NCBI RefSeq assembly: GCF_002993975.1
Contig: NZ_POSO01000003.1
Coordinates: forward strand, 46,285 to 70,284
Reading direction: 5' to 3'
DNA length: 24,000 nt
From: Apilactobacillus micheneri
Lineage (GTDB): Bacteria; Bacillota; Bacilli; Lactobacillales; Lactobacillaceae
A program made the translations under genes and the position numbers. Positions 18,420-24,000 of this stretch are shown here, in pieces. A model generated the notes under the pieces. The model ran no database searches. It worked only from the letters and a program-made list of their open reading frames with translations, and was not told the DNA's origin. How positions within the stretch are numbered: the first letter of the stretch is position 1; the number at the start of each line of letters is the position of its first letter.

Positions 18420-19355
18420 TTAATGTTTATTATTTTGTTTTCCAGAATTTCGCTTTCTCAAGTCAGTATCTTTTTTGTTTTCAATGACCCTTTCTTGAGA
18501 ATCATCCTTTACAGATGTTGAATCTTCTTCTGTAATGTCGTGAATTTCTTGCTTTTCTTGATCTGCCTGTTCTTTAGCTTGTGCCGCCACTTCTTTTTTA
18601 ATTTTTGGACGGTACAAGTTAATAATCAGAGTTTGAATACATGCAAATATACCACTTACAAAGAAGTAAAATCCTAGTCCTGCAGGGGCACTAAAAGTAA
18701 TTAATGCAATCATAACAGGAGTGATATATGACATCATTTTCATTTGTTTCTTTTGATCTTCAGGTAAACCTAGTGTCATTAGGTATCCTTGAATAATATA
18801 AGCAACAAATGAAAGGGCAACTAAGATTAAACTTTTATCTCCTAATTTAATACCTAAAAACATTGTATGTGATACTTCTGGTGAAAAACGAATACCATTA
18901 TATAATGCAATATAAATTGGCATTTGAATTATTAGTGGTAAACAACCAATTCCACCAGTCATACTAATATTATTATTTCTATACAGTTGCATCATTTCTT
19001 GTTGAATTTGCATCTGTTCTTCTTTAGTCTTAGCATTTCTTTGACGTTCTTGAATCTTTTTCATTTGTGGTCTAACAAAACTCATTTTCTCTTGCATCAT
19101 AGTAGACTTTTTCATCTGACTGATCATAGCGGGTAATAAAATCATTCTAACAATTATTGTTAAAAGAATAATTGCCCATCCATATCCACCAACAAACTTT
19201 GCCATAAAATCCAAAATGTGTTGAGCAGGTAATGCTAAATATTCATATGTTAGTCCATATGGTTTACCAGACCCATCTTGTCTAACACAACCAGTTAATG
19301 TTAATGCTGCAAGACCAACAAATGAAAGAACGCTGTATTTCTTTAAATTCTTCAT
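18420..19355 (-). CDS. yidC: Membrane protein insertase YidC/OxaA (lipoprotein form)
   Basis: Lipobox LTLTGC, GWAIILLTIIVRMILLPAMISQMKK, charged C-terminal tail. Confidence 0.94.
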   Translation of the reverse strand: MKNLKKYSVLSFVGLAALTLTGCVRQDGSGKPYGLTYEYLALPAQHILDFMAKFVGGYGWAIILLTIIVRMILLPAMISQMKKSTMMQEKMSFVRPQMKKIQERQRNAKTKEEQMQIQQEMMQLYRNNNISMTGGIGCLPLIIQMPIYIALYNGIRFSPEVSHTMFLGIKLGDKSLILVALSFVAYIIQGYLMTLGLPEDQKKQMKMMSYITPVMIALITFSAPAGLGFYFFVSGIFACIQTLIINLYRPKIKKEVAAQAKEQADQEKQEIHDITEEDSTSVKDDSQERVIENKKDTDLRKRNSGKQNNKH

Positions 19356-19415
19356 TTATAAAAACCTTTCCTAACTTTTTTCATTTACTAATAATACCAG
19401 AAATGTGTTACTAAA

Positions 19416-19685
19416 TTAAATTTTAATTGAAAAAGTTTTATATTCTTTATAATTCAATAAAGTATAATCTATATTGCTTATTTTAATAAAAGGATTATTT
19501 AATGATTTTATACCATTTATAAAATTGTTCACATCTTCAATATTAGCCACAATTTTCACTGATCCCTCTGAAAGATTTTGTACATAGCCTTTGACATTAA
19601 TTTTATCTGTCCAAGTTTTTGTTGACCATCTAAAACCAACGCCTTGAACTTTTCCTTTTATTATAAATTTAACGGTTTGTTTCAT
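19416..19685 (-). CDS. acyP: Acylphosphatase
   Basis: IIKGKVQGVGFRWSTKTWTDKINVKGYVQNLSEGSVKIVANI; catalytic GxVQGVGFR and GxVxN motifs. Confidence 0.93.
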   Translation of the reverse strand: MKQTVKFIIKGKVQGVGFRWSTKTWTDKINVKGYVQNLSEGSVKIVANIEDVNNFINGIKSLNNPFIKISNIDYTLLNYKEYKTFSIKI

Positions 19686-19785
19686 AAATTATTACCTCAC
19701 TTTTTGCAATCATTTATATATTATTATAGTATTGTGATAAAATAATATGAATAAGTTACTATATTAAAAGGGGCTAATCCTTACT

Positions 19786-20556
19786 ATGGAAAAAATAGTT
19801 TCTGTTAAAAATGACAGAATAAAAGCTTGGAAAAAATTAAATAATAAAAAGGGCAGAGAAAAACAATCTGCTTATCTTCTTGAAAGTTGGCATTTAGTAA
19901 ATGAAGCATTAAATGCCAATCAAGATATAAAAGTAATATTAACAACAACAAAACAATTGTCTCTACATCAAAATGAACTATCACAATACAATGGTGAGTT
20001 AATAGAAATAAACGATGAAGTGGCTAATCATTTAGGATCAACTATCACTCCACAAGGAATTTTTGCGATTGTAGGGCTTCCTAGTAAAGAAGATATTAAT
20101 GAAAATAATATTAATGGATCCTGGTTATTGTTGGATAATATACAAGATCCAGGTAATATTGGAACGATGGTTAGAACAGCAGATGCTGCTGGTATGAGTG
20201 GTGTTATTTTTGGTAAGGGAACATCTAGTCAATTTAATCCTAAAGTTTTAAGATCTATGCAAGGAAGTCAATTTCATTTAAAAATAATTGAAGGTAATTT
20301 ACAATATTGGATAGATATATTAAAAAATAAAAACTATCAAGTTTATGGTAGTGAATTAAACGAAAACGCTTTTATTTACAGTGAAATTGTTCCTAGTGAG
20401 AATTTTGCATTAATTATGGGAAATGAAGGAAATGGTATGCAAGATGATCTACTTAAAATAACAGATAAAAATTTATATATTCCTATTAAGGGAAACGCGG
20501 AATCATTAAATGTCGCTATTGCATCTGGCATATTAATGTTTCATTTAAAAAAATAA
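19786..20556 (+). CDS. TrmH/SpoU family RNA 2'-O-methyltransferase
   Basis: LLLDNIQDPGNIGTMVRTADAAGMSGVIFGKG...ALIMGNEGNGM...IPIKGNAESLNVAIASGI. Confidence 0.93.
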   Translation: MEKIVSVKNDRIKAWKKLNNKKGREKQSAYLLESWHLVNEALNANQDIKVILTTTKQLSLHQNELSQYNGELIEINDEVANHLGSTITPQGIFAIVGLPSKEDINENNINGSWLLLDNIQDPGNIGTMVRTADAAGMSGVIFGKGTSSQFNPKVLRSMQGSQFHLKIIEGNLQYWIDILKNKNYQVYGSELNENAFIYSEIVPSENFALIMGNEGNGMQDDLLKITDKNLYIPIKGNAESLNVAIASGILMFHLKK

Positions 20557-20580
20557 TTTTAAATAAGGGAGATACTTTGC

Positions 20581-21072
20581 ATGAATACAAAAGCATGGAA
20601 AAATGATAAAGTTTATATGTCTTATGTTTCTGACTTATTGAATTCATCAATGGTAAAAGAGCTGTCTAATTATACTCAGCATCATTCATCTACTAGATTA
20701 AAGCATTGTATTGATGTTTCTTATGAAAGTTATCAAATCGCAAAGAACTTTAATTTAGATGCTAAGTCAACTGCTAGAGCAGGATTATTACATGATTTAT
20801 TTTATTATGATTGGAGAACCGATAAATTTCATTTAGGTTCACATGCATATATGCATCCTAGAATTGCTTTACGTAATGCTGAAAAGATAACTAGCTTAAA
20901 TGACAAGGAAAAAGATATTATTATTAAGCACATGTGGGGACTTACTTTAAGTAAACCCAAGTATGCTGAAAGTGTTATTGTTTCTTTAGTCGATGATTAT
21001 GATGCTGTTAGAGAATATTTTGCACCTAAATATAGGAACATTAAGCAAATATTTAGTACTAAAAGTTTGTAA
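20581..21072 (+). CDS. HD superfamily hydrolase
   Basis: TRLKHCIDVSYESYQIAKNFNLDAKSTARAGLLHDLFYYDWR...GSHAYMHPRIALRNAEKI. Confidence 0.88.
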   Translation: MNTKAWKNDKVYMSYVSDLLNSSMVKELSNYTQHHSSTRLKHCIDVSYESYQIAKNFNLDAKSTARAGLLHDLFYYDWRTDKFHLGSHAYMHPRIALRNAEKITSLNDKEKDIIIKHMWGLTLSKPKYAESVIVSLVDDYDAVREYFAPKYRNIKQIFSTKSL

Positions 21073-21084
21073 GGGGTAATAATA

Positions 21085-21426
21085 TTGGAATCAAGTAAAG
21101 AATTACAGTCAGAACTTGACTGTAATCTATGTCCAAAATTTGAAAAAACTTTTTCTATTCTAGGTAAAAAATGGAATGGATTAATTATAGAAACATTATT
21201 AGTTAATGGTCCTCAAAGATTTAAGACGATTGCTAAAACTATTGATAAATGTAGTGATCGTGTTTTAGTTGAAAGACTTAGAGAACTAGAAAAAGATAAC
21301 ATTGTATCTAGAAATACTTTTAAGGATTCATCGTTAATTCAATATGAATTAACGAAAAGGGGTAAAGAATTAGAACCTATTATGTATGAAATCCACAAAT
21401 GGTCAGATAAATGGTATAAATTATAA
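21085..21426 (+). CDS. HxlR family winged-helix transcriptional regulator (TTG start)
   Basis: CPKFEKTFSILGKKWNGLIIETLLVNGPQRFKTIAKTIDKCSDRVLVERLRELEKDNIVSR; AAGGGG RBS before TTG 21085. Confidence 0.9.
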   Translation: MESSKELQSELDCNLCPKFEKTFSILGKKWNGLIIETLLVNGPQRFKTIAKTIDKCSDRVLVERLRELEKDNIVSRNTFKDSSLIQYELTKRGKELEPIMYEIHKWSDKWYKL

Positions 21427-21434
21427 AACTTATC

Positions 21435-21463
21435 TTGACCGGAGTTTTAAATTGCATTATTAT
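21435..21463 (+). promoter_or_regulatory. Promoter of the pheS T-box transcript
   Basis: TTGACC (21435-21440), 17-nt spacer, TATTAT (21458-21463). Confidence 0.65.
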
Positions 21464-21474
21464 TTTAAATAAGA

Positions 21475-21705
21475 GTGACGAAGAAAAAGTAGTAGACTAA
21501 TATTCACAGGAAGATTGTGTATACTGAGATCAATCAATAGATTAGTTGAATTCATTTTCTGAGCTGATATTGGGAGTTATTAATAACAAAAATTATCCGG
21601 TTAATTGCCGTTATGAAGATTGAGTGTATGAATTTATTCTGATATTTTCATAAACTAGGGTGGTACCGCGAAGCTTCGTCCCTTATGGGATGGAGCTTTT
21701 TTTAT
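21475..21705 (+). promoter_or_regulatory. T-box riboswitch leader upstream of pheST
   Basis: AGAAAA (21482-21487)/TTTTCT (21555-21560), ACTAAT (21496-21501)/ATTAGT (21541-21546), AGTA-type specifier-loop sequence, specifier TTC (21551-21553), T-box AGGGTGGTACCGCG (21657-21670). Confidence 0.93.
21671..21703 (+). terminator. Regulated terminator of the pheS T-box leader
   Basis: AAGCTTCGTCCC-ttat-GGGATGGAGCTTT with following T-run (includes G-U pairs). Confidence 0.85.
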
Positions 21706-21723
21706 GTATGAAGGGAGAAATTT

Positions 21724-22764
21724 ATGAGTTTAAAAGATGATTTGACCAAATTACGTGATGATGGTCTAAAAAATATTAAAAATGCAACTGATGTCAAAAA
21801 AATGAACGATGAAATAAAAGTTCATTTATTAGGTAAGAAGGGCCTTATTACTAAAGCTTTAAGAGGAATTAAAGATTTACCAGTTGAAGAACGTCCAAAA
21901 GTGGGTAGTTATTCTAATAAGATTCGTGATGATATTCAAACTGCTTTAGATAAGAAGCAAGAAGAGTTAGAAACTATTGCTTTGAACAAGAAGCTAGCAT
22001 CAGAAAAAATTGATGTCACACTACCTGGGGATTCCGTAGCCAAAGGTCATCCACACGTTATTCAATCAATTATTGATGAAATCTCTGATATGTTCATGGG
22101 TATGGGTTATGAAGTGTTAAGTGGACCAGAAGTTGAAGAAGATAAATATAACTTCGAAATGATGAATTTACCTAAAAATCATCCCGCTAGAGATATGCAA
22201 GATACTTTTTACATTACTAAAGATATTTTGATGAGAACACAAACCTCTCCAATGCAAGCTAGAACTTTAGAAAAACATGATTTTTCTAAAGGACCTTTAA
22301 AGATGATTTCTCCTGGAGTTGTTTATCGCCGTGATACTGATGATCCTACTCATTCCCATCAATTCCATCAAGTTGAAGGAATTGTAATTGATAAACATAT
22401 TACAATGGCTGATTTAAAGGGTACTTTAGAATATTTATTACATCAATTATTTGGTGATAAATATGATATTAGACTAAGACCTAGTTACTTCCCATTCACT
22501 GAACCATCAGTTGAAGCTGATGTTACATGTTTTAAATGTAATGGTAAGGGTTGTGAAGTATGTAAGCATACTGGATGGATTGAAGTGTTAGGTGCTGGAA
22601 TGGTTCATCCTAATGTTCTAAAAATGGCTGGTGTTGATGCTGAGTCCTATGGTGGATTTGCATTTGGTTTAGGCCCAGATCGTTTTGCAATGTTGAAATA
22701 CGGTGTTGACGACATTCGTGATTTCTATCTAAATGATGTACGTTTCTTATCACAATTTAATTAA
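21724..22764 (+). CDS. pheS: Phenylalanyl-tRNA synthetase alpha subunit
   Basis: 346 aa; [80 protein letters not shown]. Confidence 0.98.
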   Translation: MSLKDDLTKLRDDGLKNIKNATDVKKMNDEIKVHLLGKKGLITKALRGIKDLPVEERPKVGSYSNKIRDDIQTALDKKQEELETIALNKKLASEKIDVTLPGDSVAKGHPHVIQSIIDEISDMFMGMGYEVLSGPEVEEDKYNFEMMNLPKNHPARDMQDTFYITKDILMRTQTSPMQARTLEKHDFSKGPLKMISPGVVYRRDTDDPTHSHQFHQVEGIVIDKHITMADLKGTLEYLLHQLFGDKYDIRLRPSYFPFTEPSVEADVTCFKCNGKGCEVCKHTGWIEVLGAGMVHPNVLKMAGVDAESYGGFAFGLGPDRFAMLKYGVDDIRDFYLNDVRFLSQFN

Positions 22765-22776
22765 GGAGAATTTTAT

Positions 22777-24000
22777 ATGCGAGTATCTTATAAATGGCTT
22801 AAGGAATATATTGACTTAGATATTCCAGTTGATGAATTAGCCGAAAAAATTGAACGTTCTTCTGTTGAAGTTGATTCTGTTATAAAACCTAGTGAAGGAC
22901 TTAAAAAAATTGTTGTTGGACAAATTTTGAACTTAGAAGACCATCCTGATTCTGATCATTTACATATTTGTCAAGTTGATGTGGGTGATGATGAACCAGT
23001 ACAAATTGTTTGTGGTGCTCCTAATGTTGAAAAAGGTAAAAAGGTAATAGTTGCATTATCAGGTGCTCGTATTGCCGACAATATTAAAATTAAAAAATCT
23101 AAGATGCGTGGCATCCAATCAAACGGAATGTTATGTGCATTAGATGAAATTGGTTATCCAAAAGATGTTGTGCCTAAAGAATGGGCTGATGGAATTTACT
23201 TTTTACCTGAAGATGCTAAGGTTGGTAACGATGTGTACAAATATATAGGGATGGATGATGAATTAATAGATTTAGACGTTACTCCTAATCGTGGTGACAT
23301 GTTAAGCATGTATGGTACTATTCATGATTTATCAGCCATTTATAATAAGCCAGCTAAGTTCGACAATGTGAAAGTTCAAAAAACTTCTGGGAAAAAGACC
23401 GCTGATCAAATTAGTAGTGATGTTGACAGCCAAATTGCTTTAACATATAAAAATCGTATTGTTAATAATGTTGAAATTAAGCCAAGCCCACTATGGTTAC
23501 AAATCTGTTTGTGGAATGCTGGTATTAAACCAATTAATAACATTATTGATATTACTAATTATCTAATGCTTAAATTTGGTCAACCTATGCATGCATATGA
23601 TTTAGATAAATTACATGGCAATAATATTTCTGTTAGAAATGCTAAAAAGGGTGAAAAAATTACTACTTTAGCTGAAGATGAAGTGGACTTAGACGAAAAT
23701 GATATTGTGGTTGCCGATGATCGCCCAATTGCATTAGCCGGGGTTATTGGTGGAATTGATACCTCAATTACTAACGATACTAAAAACGTATTATTTGAAT
23801 GTGCAGTGTTTGATCCAATTAAAGTTAGAAAAATGGCTCGTAAACATGTTATCCACACTGAAGCTTCACAAAGATTTGAACGTGGTATTAATCGTGGCGG
23901 TCTAGATGAAGTAATGGAAAATGCTTGTCAAATGAGTAATGAGTTGGCTAATGGTGAAGTTTGTGATGATACTTTAAACGGTAGTGAATTTAATGCTCAA
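22777..24000 (+). CDS. pheT: Phenylalanyl-tRNA synthetase beta subunit, 5' part (continues beyond window)
   Basis: Uninterrupted frame from ATG 22777 to window end: MRVSYKWLKEYIDLDIPVDELAEKIERSSVEVDSV...ERGINRGGLDEVMENACQMSNELANGEVCDDTLNGSEFNAQ; AAGGAG RBS. Missing from the ORF track because it has no stop in the window. Confidence 0.97.
   Translation, partial: MRVSYKWLKEYIDLDIPVDELAEKIERSSVEVDSVIKPSEGLKKIVVGQILNLEDHPDSDHLHICQVDVGDDEPVQIVCGAPNVEKGKKVIVALSGARIADNIKIKKSKMRGIQSNGMLCALDEIGYPKDVVPKEWADGIYFLPEDAKVGNDVYKYIGMDDELIDLDVTPNRGDMLSMYGTIHDLSAIYNKPAKFDNVKVQKTSGKKTADQISSDVDSQIALTYKNRIVNNVEIKPSPLWLQICLWNAGIKPINNIIDITNYLMLKFGQPMHAYDLDKLHGNNISVRNAKKGEKITTLAEDEVDLDENDIVVADDRPIALAGVIGGIDTSITNDTKNVLFECAVFDPIKVRKMARKHVIHTEASQRFERGINRGGLDEVMENACQMSNELANGEVCDDTLNGSEFNAQ

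Noticed and set aside
23580-23858. Minus-strand ORF of 92 aa
   Set aside because: Antisense to pheT, whose frame is uninterrupted from 22777 to 24000.
1-24000. Search for mobile elements, CRISPR repeats, defence or biosynthetic clusters
   Set aside because: No transposase/integrase/phage genes, no regularly spaced repeats, and all substantial ORFs fit conserved Lactobacillaceae housekeeping families; I cannot support a novel multi-gene system here.

Overview
This is an AT-rich chromosomal window from a low-GC Lactobacillaceae-like Firmicute (organism is an inference from gene order and protein sequence). It is almost entirely conserved housekeeping DNA: polA(3' end)-mutM-coaE-nrdR-dnaB-dnaI, T-box-thrS, L20-type leader-infC-rpmI-rplT, yqeG-yqeH-yhbY-nadD-yqeK-rsfS-methyltransferase-tmcAL, DUF177-rpmF, adh (minus), an OmpR-type two-component system, yidC2 (minus), acyP (minus), an RNA methyltransferase, an HD hydrolase, an HxlR regulator, and T-box-pheS-pheT (5' part). 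I found no mobile elements, CRISPR arrays, tRNA/rRNA genes, defence islands or convincing new multi-gene system. The observations most worth a second look are: (1) a 1-nt deletion at codon 5 of the normally essential rplT, so only an N-terminally truncated ORF is called; (2) a 1-nt insertion in an A8 run early in tmcAL/ylbM; (3) infC with no ATG/GTG/TTG at the expected start, implying an ATA or ATT start; (4) a leader with competing pairing upstream of infC; (5) two T-box leaders with identifiable ACC and TTC specifiers; (6) a long inverted repeat overlapping the putative promoter of the two-component operon. Items 1 and 2 are most likely sequencing or assembly indels and should be verified before any biology is inferred.
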